Under the pieces are notes generated by a model. It made no database searches and was not told the origin of the DNA. It saw only the letters and a list, made by a program, of their open reading frames with translations. From positions 132 through 64,131 of the forward strand of contig PCWQ01000009.1 of assembly GCA_002787405.1 (NCBI GenBank): a stretch of DNA of 64,000 nucleotides. The letters are read 5' to 3'. Below are positions 1-8,754 of this stretch, one piece after another. Position 1 is the stretch's first letter. Every line of letters starts with the position of its first letter. Both the position numbers and the translations under genes were made by a program. Origin of the DNA: Candidatus Komeilibacteria bacterium CG11_big_fil_rev_8_21_14_0_20_36_20. Lineage in GTDB: Bacteria > Patescibacteriota > Patescibacteriia > UBA1558 > GWA2-36-10.

Positions 1-282
1 TCTGCAAAAGCTCATTCTGACTAGGATCGAAGAGCTTTGGGGGCCTATTAAAACAGCAAAAAGCCCGGAGTCATTTCTGGAATTAATAAAATGCGTGGTC
101 AAAGTGCCAGCTTTTCTTAAGACAGAGATGGATCAAAGGGCTCAAGAACTCTACGATGCTTTATAATCTCTTTTATAAAACTCCGGACAGATATATTCTG
201 CCTAGAGTTTTATTTTTTTAAAATAATTTTTTCTCTTACCAACTGGAATAACATTTTGGAGTTTGATTATTATATTATTATC

Positions 283-876
283 TCAAAAGGTTTTTATTTT
301 AAAAGGTTTGCCATGTCCTGGCACAATATAAGCAGCAATTTTTAAAATTTTTTCTCTGCTTTTATACAAGGCCTCTTGATCTTTGAGATAAGGGTCGTCT
401 AAATTAAGTAGACTAGTGTAGTCTGTTTTTTGTTTTGTGTTATCTGGCCACCAGAATAGGTCGGCGCAAATGGCCACCTTACCGAATTCTTCAGTGTTAA
501 CTAAGACAGCGCAGTGAAATTGGTCATGGCCGGGAGTAGAAATAATTTCAATATTGGTGCCTGGTATTTTTGAATCGTGAGGGGATATTTTTCCACTAAA
601 AGTATAAATATTGGAATTATCCAGTATTTTTGCATTATCAAAAAGAGCAGCTAAAAGGCAATGATCCAAGTGAGTATGGGTTAAAACAACAAAATTAATG
701 TCTTTCGGCTTAAGGCCTTCTTTGTCTAGAGCATTTAATAGTAATTGTTTATCCAGACCAACATCAATAAGGATTTTGAGATCATGGTCGCGAATAAGAG
801 TAACTGAAGAAGAGGCATATTCATCCTCGTCTTCTTCTCTAATATAGCCCTCAATCAGGACTTTGATTTTATTCAT
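283..876 (-). CDS. MBL-fold metallo-hydrolase (HxHxDH motif HTHLDH)
   Basis: 197-aa ORF; motif VVLTHTHLDHC typical of metallo-beta-lactamase fold; later His/Asp ligands present. Confidence 0.7.
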   Translation of the reverse strand: MNKIKVLIEGYIREEDEDEYASSSVTLIRDHDLKILIDVGLDKQLLLNALDKEGLKPKDINFVVLTHTHLDHCLLAALFDNAKILDNSNIYTFSGKISPHDSKIPGTNIEIISTPGHDQFHCAVLVNTEEFGKVAICADLFWWPDNTKQKTDYTSLLNLDDPYLKDQEALYKSREKILKIAAYIVPGHGKPFKIKTF

Positions 877-891
877 ATAGAATTAGAATAA

Positions 892-2100
892 TTATGTGAT
901 TTGCCCGAATTTTCTTTTGCCGGCTTGAATAACATCTTGGGATTTAATCTGAATATCATTTTGCCAAGACGTTATTTTTTGATTATTAATTTTAAACCCC
1001 CCGCCTTCAATTAATCTTTTAGCTTCATTACGGGAAGGCACAAATTTTAACTCGATTAACAAGTTAATTGGATTTATTTTTCCAGGTGGGATTTTGTATG
1101 GCTGGATATTATTCGGTTGTTCTTTTTTAGCGAAGATTTTAATAAACTCTTGGCCGGTTTTTTCTGCTTCTTTTTCAGAATAATAAAAGCTGACAATTTC
1201 TTTAGCTAACTGAAATTTATAATCCCGCGGATTAGCTCCAACTTGCATTGATTGTTCTATTTTATCAATTTCAGTCATTGGCACGCGAGTACACAATTCA
1301 AAACCATTAACAATCATTTTATCCGTCCAAGACATTATTTTTCCAAACATATCAGTTGGGCTGTCGTTGAGATTAACCATATTACCTTCCGTCTTACCCA
1401 TCTTTATCCCTTTGACGTCAGCCAGTAATTTTAGAGTTAAGACAAATTTTTCTTTATTTAATAGACTTTTCATCAGAGTGCGGCCAGCCAGCATATTAAA
1501 AGTTTGATCATTGCCCCCCACTTCGCCATCAGTATTGAGCGCTACTGAATCATAGGCCTGCATCACCGGATACATCAATTCATGCAAACTAATCGGTTTA
1601 CCCTGTTGAATTCTTTTTTCAAACATATCCCGTTCTAGAAGTTGCTGGATTGTAAAGTGCGAGGATAATTTTAAGACTTCATCGAAATTCATCTGGTCAA
1701 ACCATTTGCCGTTATATTTTAACTGGGCTTTATTGCGTCCGTTAAAGCTGATAAATCTTTTAGCTTGTTTTTTATAATCTTTAGCATTCTCCAGAATTTG
1801 TCCTCGGTCCAAGGGCTGGCGGAGGGCTGTTTTGTCAGTTGGATCGCCGATAGTGGCTGTAAAATTACCAATGAGCAAAATTACCCGATGACCCAATTCT
1901 TGAAATTGGCGGAGTTTGTCCAAAATAATAGCGTGTCCTAAATGTAAGCTTGGGCCCGTAGGGTCAATTCCTAAATATAAGGTTAATTGTTGGCCTGATT
2001 TAAGTAGTTTTTTCAAATATTCTCCGCTAGGATAGATATTTTTCACGCCCCTAGTGATGAGAACTTGAATTTTTTCCGAATTTGTACTAATTTGGTTCAT
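892..2100 (-). CDS. tyrS: tyrosyl-tRNA synthetase
   Basis: 402 aa; class I HIGH-type motif GIDPTGPSLHLGH, KMGKT (KMSKS-like), C-terminal S4-like domain (KRLIEGGGFKINNQKI). Confidence 0.85.
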   Translation of the reverse strand: MNQISTNSEKIQVLITRGVKNIYPSGEYLKKLLKSGQQLTLYLGIDPTGPSLHLGHAIILDKLRQFQELGHRVILLIGNFTATIGDPTDKTALRQPLDRGQILENAKDYKKQAKRFISFNGRNKAQLKYNGKWFDQMNFDEVLKLSSHFTIQQLLERDMFEKRIQQGKPISLHELMYPVMQAYDSVALNTDGEVGGNDQTFNMLAGRTLMKSLLNKEKFVLTLKLLADVKGIKMGKTEGNMVNLNDSPTDMFGKIMSWTDKMIVNGFELCTRVPMTEIDKIEQSMQVGANPRDYKFQLAKEIVSFYYSEKEAEKTGQEFIKIFAKKEQPNNIQPYKIPPGKINPINLLIELKFVPSRNEAKRLIEGGGFKINNQKITSWQNDIQIKSQDVIQAGKRKFGQIT

Positions 2101-2166
2101 AGGTGCTTAAATAAATTAGTAAATTATGTTTAAATTATAGCTTATTTTTGCTATAATTAAAACACT

Positions 2167-5079
2167 ATGTCAATGTCCCAGTTTCACAGTCGTAAAATAA
2201 GAGATAACCAATCAAGCTTTAATGTTCGGAGAATTACCGATTCGGTTAGTACTAAGAAAGAAAAGCGAGATCGTCAGCTTTCTTATCGTCAAGCATATAA
2301 AAGACCAAAATCAAGAGGAATTTGGCGAAAGGTTATTCGCAAGTTGTGGCCCTATGCTTTAGTGGTTGTTTTTTTATTTAGTATTTTTTTAATTGGTGCT
2401 TTTGCCTACTATTCTAAAGATCTACCTGATCCTTATAAAATTATGGATCGTTCGGTGGCCTTAAGTACTAAAATATATGATCGAACCGGAGAAGTTTTAC
2501 TTTACGAAATTCATGGCCCAGAAAAAAGAAGTTTAATCTCTATTAATGAATTGCCGGAGTATGTTAAAAATTCAACCATTGCTATAGAGGATAAGAATTT
2601 TTATGAGCACGGAGGAATTTCTATTAGAGGAATTATTCGCGGACAGATTATTCCTCGTCTTCGCGGACAGCGCGCTCAAGGCGGCTCTACCCTAACTCAA
2701 CAGTTTGTTAAAAATGCTATTTTAACTGACGAAAGAAAAGTATCAAGAAAGATTAAAGAATGGATTTTATCATATCGTTTAGAGCAAAAGTTTACCAAAG
2801 ACGAAATTTTACAATTATATCTTAATGAAATACCATACGGCAGTTCCGCTTATGGCGTGGAAGCAGCAGCGCAATATTATTTTGATAAAGCTGCTCCGGA
2901 ATTAAGTTTGGCGGAAGCAGCTGTCTTAGCTGCTCTACCGCAAGCGCCATCATATTATTCCCCCTATGGCAATAACAAAGATAAACTAATTGATCGTCAG
3001 CATACGGTTTTAAATTTGATGGTGGATCAAAATTATATTACTGAAGAAGAAGCTGAAGTAGCTAAACAAGAAGAATTGTTTTTTAAAAAAAGAACCGAAA
3101 ATATTAAAGCCCCTCATTTTGTTATGTATATTAAAGAGTTGTTAGAAAGTGAATACGGTAATACTATTATTGAACAGAGCGGTTGGGAAATTACTACCTC
3201 TTTAGATTGGGAGGCGCAGCAAAAGGCCGAAGCAGCCATTGAGGAGGTTGCTCCTCGTAATTTGGAAGAATATCAGGCCTCTAATGCCTCTCTGGTCGCT
3301 TTAGACGCCGAAACTAGTCAAATCTTAGCTATGGTTGGCTCTAAGGACTATTTTGACGATGAAATCGATGGTCAAGTAAATGTGGCAACTTCGCCTAGGC
3401 AACCGGGTAGTTCTCTTAAACCCTTAGTTTATCTCACCGCTTTTTCCAAGGGTTATCGACCAGAAACAGTCCTTTTCGATTTGGTGACTAATTTTGCCGC
3501 GGCGGGTGATGATTATATTCCCCATAACTATGATTCAGAGGAGCATGGTCCGGTTACTCTACGCCAAGCTTTGGCTGGTTCGCTTAATATTGCGGCGGTC
3601 AAAACTTTATATTTAGCTGGCGTTAATAACGTTTTAGATTTAGCTGAAGATTTTGGTTATTCTACTTTAAAAGATCGTGATCGTTTTGGCCTGTCTTTAG
3701 TCTTGGGTGGCGGTGAAGTTAAATTATTAGAGCACGTCAATGCCTATGCTAGTTTTGCTAGAGAGGGAGTCTATAAAGATAGTGTCGCTATTTTGAAAAT
3801 AGAGGATGCCAACGGTAAAGTTATTCAAGAAAATGATAGCAACAAAGGTCGCCGGGTGATGGATAAAAATTTTGTTAGAATTCTAAACAATGTTTTATCC
3901 GATAATTCAGCTCGGGCCTATGTCTTTGGCGAAAACAATAATTTAACCTTACCTGATCGTCCGGTTGCAGCTAAAACAGGCACGACCGATGATTATCATG
4001 ATGCTTGGACGATTGGTTTTACGCCGAATATTGTAGCTGGAGTTTGGGTGGGTAATAACGATAATACGGCAATGAAGCGGGGAGCCAGCGGTTCTAGTGT
4101 AGCGGCGCCGATTTGGAATAAATTTATGCGAGAAGTCACTAAAGATAGCCCAATTGAAGGTTTTAAAGAATATGAATTGGATAGTTGTGATAAAACTATG
4201 GTTTGTGGAAACTTTGCCAAGGAGAGCATTGTTAAAATTGATAAGATGTCAGGCAAGTTAGCTACTGAGTATACGCCTTATACTCAGATTGAAGAAAAAA
4301 AATATTTAGAGGTGCATAATATTTTACATTATGTCAATCGTAATGATCCCTTGGGCGAACCATTATCAGATCCTAATAGTGATTCGCAGTATAATTTGTG
4401 GGAGACACCTGTTTTGAAATGGGTTGAAGAGCAAGGATTTTTAACTGGTTCGCCTATTACAGAATATGATGATGTTCATTTACCGGAATTGCGACCTAAT
4501 ATTGTCTGGATAGCGCCTAATAATAATCAAGTTATTAATCAAGGAGTGGTCAGTTTAGAGGTAATAGCCAACGCACCGCGGGGAGTAAGGCGAGTGGAGT
4601 ATTTTATCGACGGGCAGAAGATAGGAGAGAGTACCAATTTTCCTTTTAGCTATGTTTATAGCATTAATCCTTTTTTAAATAATGGGCAGCATCAATTAGC
4701 GGCTATGGCTTTTGATGATTTAGATAATTTTAAAGAGGCAAGCATTAATATAAATTTACAATTAAATGATTCCAGCCGGAATTTTAATTTAGTCTGGCTT
4801 GATCCAGTTAATGGAAGCAACATCAAGATGGAGGATTTGCCAGTTGTTCTGCAATTATATGTTGATAATCCAGGGCAAATAAAAAAGATAGATTTTTATT
4901 ATCTATCGCCTGATGAGACGCCTCATTGGTTTGATTATATTCAGAACCCAACCAATAATAATTTATCAGTCAACTGGGGTGAGAATTTATCTTCAGGAGT
5001 TTATAAATTATATATGCTGATTAAAGACAGTTATGACCACTTAATTACTACCCCGGCGATTATTGTTAATATAGAATAA
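2167..5079 (+). CDS. class A penicillin-binding protein (transglycosylase + transpeptidase) with ~300-aa C-terminal beta-sandwich extension
   Basis: N-terminal cytoplasmic tail + TM; GT51 motifs EDKNFYEHGGI and RLEQKFTKDEILQLYLN; transpeptidase SxxK (SPRQPGSSLKP), SxN (GSLN), KTGTT. Confidence 0.9.
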   Translation: MSMSQFHSRKIRDNQSSFNVRRITDSVSTKKEKRDRQLSYRQAYKRPKSRGIWRKVIRKLWPYALVVVFLFSIFLIGAFAYYSKDLPDPYKIMDRSVALSTKIYDRTGEVLLYEIHGPEKRSLISINELPEYVKNSTIAIEDKNFYEHGGISIRGIIRGQIIPRLRGQRAQGGSTLTQQFVKNAILTDERKVSRKIKEWILSYRLEQKFTKDEILQLYLNEIPYGSSAYGVEAAAQYYFDKAAPELSLAEAAVLAALPQAPSYYSPYGNNKDKLIDRQHTVLNLMVDQNYITEEEAEVAKQEELFFKKRTENIKAPHFVMYIKELLESEYGNTIIEQSGWEITTSLDWEAQQKAEAAIEEVAPRNLEEYQASNASLVALDAETSQILAMVGSKDYFDDEIDGQVNVATSPRQPGSSLKPLVYLTAFSKGYRPETVLFDLVTNFAAAGDDYIPHNYDSEEHGPVTLRQALAGSLNIAAVKTLYLAGVNNVLDLAEDFGYSTLKDRDRFGLSLVLGGGEVKLLEHVNAYASFAREGVYKDSVAILKIEDANGKVIQENDSNKGRRVMDKNFVRILNNVLSDNSARAYVFGENNNLTLPDRPVAAKTGTTDDYHDAWTIGFTPNIVAGVWVGNNDNTAMKRGASGSSVAAPIWNKFMREVTKDSPIEGFKEYELDSCDKTMVCGNFAKESIVKIDKMSGKLATEYTPYTQIEEKKYLEVHNILHYVNRNDPLGEPLSDPNSDSQYNLWETPVLKWVEEQGFLTGSPITEYDDVHLPELRPNIVWIAPNNNQVINQGVVSLEVIANAPRGVRRVEYFIDGQKIGESTNFPFSYVYSINPFLNNGQHQLAAMAFDDLDNFKEASININLQLNDSSRNFNLVWLDPVNGSNIKMEDLPVVLQLYVDNPGQIKKIDFYYLSPDETPHWFDYIQNPTNNNLSVNWGENLSSGVYKLYMLIKDSYDHLITTPAIIVNIE

Positions 5080-5087
5080 AATAAAAA

Positions 5088-5119
5088 AACACCTCTTAGA
5101 CAAAATTAGGTGTTTTTTT
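5088..5119. terminator. hairpin with flanking A-run/T-run after PBP gene (possibly bidirectional)
   Basis: aaaaaaACACCT...AGGTGTttttttt directly after stop at 5079. Confidence 0.5.
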
Positions 5120-5457
5120 ATTGATTAGTAAAGTTCATCAGCATGTATTTTATTAGCTTGTTCTATAGTGAGGTCGTCGCCTCTGACATGAATGCGATTA
5201 AGGGTGTTGAAAAGAATTAGGAGAATGCCCAAAATTAAGTTTAAGAGGGAGAGCCAAAAAGGAAGATAAATATCCCATAGTTGGAACCAACTTACAATAG
5301 CTAGGGCAATTAAAAAAACCCAACAGTTACATTAAATGAAGTAGGACAGTAGCAACTTTTTTGCATAATATTCACCTCCTTCCTTTAAAATTAAAGAGGG
5401 AAACTATGGCTTTTCTTTTTTTATTCTAACCCCTTTTAGATGATTTGCCAAGTAGGC

Positions 5458-5706
5458 CTAATAATCAGCTAAGTCAAGATCTAAGCCGGTTATTTCTTTG
5501 GTAAATCTTTCTATGTCATAATCGGAAAAAGCAGTCTGTTTCATCAGGCGGGCAAAATCGCCGAGAGTTAGAGTCCTTTCTCCTAGTCGGCCGATTTTTC
5601 CCTCATACTGTTCATTAAATTTGTCTAAACTGGTGATAGAGTCAGTAGAGCGATATAATTTTTCAACAATGAGCTTTTGTTGATGGGGGTTTATGTATTG
5701 GGTCAT
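5458..5706 (-). CDS. hypothetical protein (82 aa)
   Basis: ORF only; no recognisable motif. Confidence 0.35.
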   Translation of the reverse strand: MTQYINPHQQKLIVEKLYRSTDSITSLDKFNEQYEGKIGRLGERTLTLGDFARLMKQTAFSDYDIERFTKEITGLDLDLADY

Positions 5707-5783
5707 AGGGTTGACTTAATATTTAATTTGTGATATTCTTCTAGAAGTTTTATCTATCTTAATTTTAATCTAAAATTGAATTT

Positions 5784-6098
5784 ATGCCAAATAAGAAAGC
5801 TGCTATTAAGCATTTAAGACAAACTGTGAAACGGACACAAAGAAATTTTTTAGTTAAGAAAAATATTAAGGATATTATTAAAAAAGGCGAAAAAGCCATT
5901 GCCCAGGGTAAAATTAATGAGCGGGCCCAGGAGTTAACTCACAATCTGCAGAAAGCAGTTGATAAAGCCGTTAAGTCCGGCATTCTCAAATCCAATACCG
6001 GTAATCGTAAAAAATCCCGTTTTGCCACTCGACTGAAAAAAGCCGGCGTTAAAATTCCCGCTGCGAAAAAGCTGCAAAAAGAAGAAGTAAAAAAATAA
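5784..6098 (+). CDS. rpsT: 30S ribosomal protein S20
   Basis: 104 aa, basic; N-terminus MPNKKAAIKHLRQTVKRTQRN matches bS20 family pattern. Confidence 0.8.
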   Translation: MPNKKAAIKHLRQTVKRTQRNFLVKKNIKDIIKKGEKAIAQGKINERAQELTHNLQKAVDKAVKSGILKSNTGNRKKSRFATRLKKAGVKIPAAKKLQKEEVKK

Positions 6099-6110
6099 TT
6101 GAATATAAAA

Positions 6111-6140
6111 CAGCCCCTCTTTTGGGGTTGTTTTTATTTA
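6111..6140 (+). terminator. Rho-independent terminator of rpsT
   Basis: CAGCCCCtcttttGGGGTTG stem-loop followed by tttttatttatttt. Confidence 0.6.
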
Positions 6141-6146
6141 TTTTAT

Positions 6147-6344
6147 GTCTTTGCGAGGAGCCCAAAGGGCGACGCCTGCCTGCCGGCAGGCAGGCGGCAA
6201 ACTGACACGAAGTGTCATCTTGAGCGAAGTCGAGAGATCTAAGATATAAATAATCTATTATACTTATAGATACCTCGATAAACTCGGGACGATGCTACGC
6301 ATCGGATTGCCACGCCTCTCGACAAGCTCGAGGCTCGCAATGAC
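6147..6344. repeat. GC-rich hairpin repeat element with imperfect terminal inverted repeats (GTCTTTGCGAG ... CTCGCAATGAC), MITE/REP-like
   Basis: Contains hairpin GCCCaaaGGGC, the 24-bp perfect palindrome CGCCTGCCTGCCGGCAGGCAGGCG, hairpin GACACgaaGTGTC, and motif AGCGAAGTCGAGAG shared with 11890-11903; the right end matches element 54722-54803. Confidence 0.6.
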
Positions 6345-6436
6345 TATAATTTATCATGGATTGCGCTGACAACATGAGAATTTGATTTTTAAAGATAAAA
6401 ATAGTAAGATTTATTTAATATTAATAATAAAAATTT

Positions 6437-6652
6437 ATGATTAAATTTTTTGAAAAGTCTTTAATTTCAGATCCAAATCAAGAAATAGAGTCTGGTCAGG
6501 AGCGTCCAGCTCAGACCTTTTTTGACAAGATTAAGAGTAGAATTATTGATTATATATCGGATGTTTTTAAAGATGATCAAGATGAAAAAGAAATTAGGGG
6601 TTTCCAAGAACAATTAAAGGAGGGAATTTCTTCAAGTAAAGCTGCTGGGTAA
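6437..6652 (+). CDS. hypothetical protein, N-terminal segment; same frame as 6749..7801 and separated from it only by one TAA
   Basis: Frame continuity across 6653-6748 with no further stop. Confidence 0.3.
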   Translation: MIKFFEKSLISDPNQEIESGQERPAQTFFDKIKSRIIDYISDVFKDDQDEKEIRGFQEQLKEGISSSKAAG

Positions 6653-6748
6653 TTCTTTGAACACCTTATACCGGAAGCTATAAAAAGACCAGATAAAGAT
6701 TATCAACCTGACGATTTTTCTGGTTTTATAGCAAGTAATGAAAAAACC

Positions 6749-7801
6749 TTGGAGTTAGTAGATAAATTTGAAAGGGAAGTTATAAAATTATCAGATGGAC
6801 AGTTAAAAAAGTCAAAGAAAGAGTTGATATCAAACATGTCATTACCACAAGCATTTGAAGAAAAAGAGCTTTCTGACAATGCATTTCTTCAATCTAGGGA
6901 AGAAGAATATCAAGGTAGCTCTGGTAATAAAATTTTTGAAAGAGTTGAAAATTATTTGTGGGACGACGCTAACAGTGCTAGCTCATCTTTGATAGTAAAA
7001 ACTGAAGATAGGCGTCAATTGGAATTAAATTATTTATTACCTAAGGATTGTAGGTTTACTCCATCAAGCATGTTTAATCTCGAGTCTTATTTTGATGAAA
7101 AAGAACATGTTAAAAAGAATAAGATAATTCGTACTGATTTGAAAGAATATCAAGGCATGACAGAAGCCATTGATTATTTTGCTTGCCGTGGTGGCCTCGT
7201 AGAGTATGGAAACTTAACAAAAAAAGGCGGTATGCTCAGTTTATTACACGAAATAGCCCATGCTTGGCAAAATGTCTATTATGAGCATGAACACAATACA
7301 GCTAGGGCAAGTTATGAAGAGACGCACTGGTCTGTTTCTAGTTGGTTGCATATATTATCTGATTATAAGAAAGATTTTGATAGTGGTAATATGGACAAAG
7401 AAGAATTTGATAAACATTTAGCCCACGTGAAGAAAAGAACAAAAGAAGTTGGCATAGAATTTGATGAAAATAATTTTATTTATGATGGTAGGCCTTTAGA
7501 GGATGAAGAAATTGATATATATGATCGCTATCATAAGAAGACTTTTATTTTTAAATCAAAAAAATTTAAAGACATTACTGAAGATTATGTTGGGGAAGAA
7601 AGAAATGCTTGGGCTCATGCTATTAAGGTTTTGCGTTTTTTAAGGCAGCAAGGCATTGACCTTGAACCAGAAATGAAGACAGTTAAAGATTTTCAAGATA
7701 AAGTGCATAGTACCTTGTCAAGTTATCAGCAAAGTTTAGAAAAAGAAGCACATATAAATATGCCTCATAAAAAATTTACCAGTAAGGCTAAAGCTGCTTA
7801 A
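6749..7801 (+). CDS. hypothetical protein with zincin-like HExxH motif (LLHEIAHAWQ ... E)
   Basis: 350-aa ORF; HExxH motif only, no confident family assignment. Confidence 0.55.
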   Translation: MELVDKFEREVIKLSDGQLKKSKKELISNMSLPQAFEEKELSDNAFLQSREEEYQGSSGNKIFERVENYLWDDANSASSSLIVKTEDRRQLELNYLLPKDCRFTPSSMFNLESYFDEKEHVKKNKIIRTDLKEYQGMTEAIDYFACRGGLVEYGNLTKKGGMLSLLHEIAHAWQNVYYEHEHNTARASYEETHWSVSSWLHILSDYKKDFDSGNMDKEEFDKHLAHVKKRTKEVGIEFDENNFIYDGRPLEDEEIDIYDRYHKKTFIFKSKKFKDITEDYVGEERNAWAHAIKVLRFLRQQGIDLEPEMKTVKDFQDKVHSTLSSYQQSLEKEAHINMPHKKFTSKAKAA

Positions 7802-7805
7802 ATTT

Positions 7806-8750
7806 TTATAAACCATTAATCATCTGAGCAAAGAGAATCTTTTCTTGTCCGCTGGTGGTTTTAAATTTTTCATCCAAGAAGAAGAGCTGGCGGTAGATTT
7901 TTTTTAATTGTTGGGGGGTGTATAGTTTACTTTGATTAAGTGTTTTTTCAGCAATCCAATTCGGCAGCTTCAGGGCCTGGGCAAGAGCACTGGGATATTT
8001 CTGCTCCAGATGTTTTACTTTAATCAAGAGCCGGAATTGACGGATAATCATATTTAAGACATACTGGGGGCTGGTGCCGCTATTCAGTTGAGCTTCAATT
8101 AATTTTAAAGATAGAGCTTTGTTTTTATTACCTAGAGCGTCAATTAAATTAAAAATATTATCATCTATTTTGGCTTGCACTATAGCTTTAATTTCGTTTT
8201 CACTGATAGTTTGTTTAGCAAAGTGGATGAGTTTATTTACTTCCTGATTTAATTGCCAGAGATTATCACCAACATAACTAAGGAGCAAGTTAACTGCTTG
8301 GTCATCAATTGATTTTTTTTTGGCAGTTACTTGTTTTTTAATCCAAGCGCTTAATTGTTGAGGGGTTAAGGGGTTAAATTCTTCGGTAAATTTGAATTTT
8401 TTTAAAATTTTATACAATTTCAAGCGGTTGTCTGGTTTGTTAGTCTGCCAAAAGATAATATAATTTTCATCTTGATCATCTTTTTGTTTTTTTAGAAAAT
8501 CCAACAGACTATTTTGCCAAGCTGATATATTTTTATTATTAAAAATATTTTTAATAATAACCAATTTTTTAGTAGCTAAAAAACCAGCCGCTCTCACGGC
8601 CTGAAAGAAATCATCAGCAGAAATATCTTCACCATCCAATTGTTGGACATTTTGTCGGTTAGGATCAATTTCAGTTTGGAATTTTTTAACGATGGCCTCT
8701 ATTTTCTGATGAGCAAGAAAAGAATTTTCTCCGTAGTAAAAGAAGATCAT
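7806..8750 (-). CDS. holA: DNA polymerase III delta subunit
   Basis: 314 aa; N-terminus MIFFYYGENSFL resembles HolA start; immediately downstream of polA in same orientation. Confidence 0.6.
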   Translation of the reverse strand: MIFFYYGENSFLAHQKIEAIVKKFQTEIDPNRQNVQQLDGEDISADDFFQAVRAAGFLATKKLVIIKNIFNNKNISAWQNSLLDFLKKQKDDQDENYIIFWQTNKPDNRLKLYKILKKFKFTEEFNPLTPQQLSAWIKKQVTAKKKSIDDQAVNLLLSYVGDNLWQLNQEVNKLIHFAKQTISENEIKAIVQAKIDDNIFNLIDALGNKNKALSLKLIEAQLNSGTSPQYVLNMIIRQFRLLIKVKHLEQKYPSALAQALKLPNWIAEKTLNQSKLYTPQQLKKIYRQLFFLDEKFKTTSGQEKILFAQMINGL

Positions 8751-8754
8751 AGGT

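Noticed and set aside
3996-4256. Antisense or internal ORFs inside long genes (3996..4256, 8640..8849, 12774..12956, 15406..15687, 16636..16869, 16940..17155, 19714..19911, 20372..20640, 21204..21401, 22440..22874, 23115..23363, 24105..24314, 29544..29750, 30266..30466, 38797..39030, 40414..40623, 40753..40944, 42189..42413, 42783..43133, 43761..43982, 44385..44612, 45795..46025, 49739..49942, 50269..50628, 51142..51354, 51922..52128, 52408..52596, 58462..58650, 63698..63904)
   Set aside because: Each lies wholly within, and antisense or out of frame to, a much longer ORF with clear homology-like motifs. Compositionally they are shadows of the real gene.
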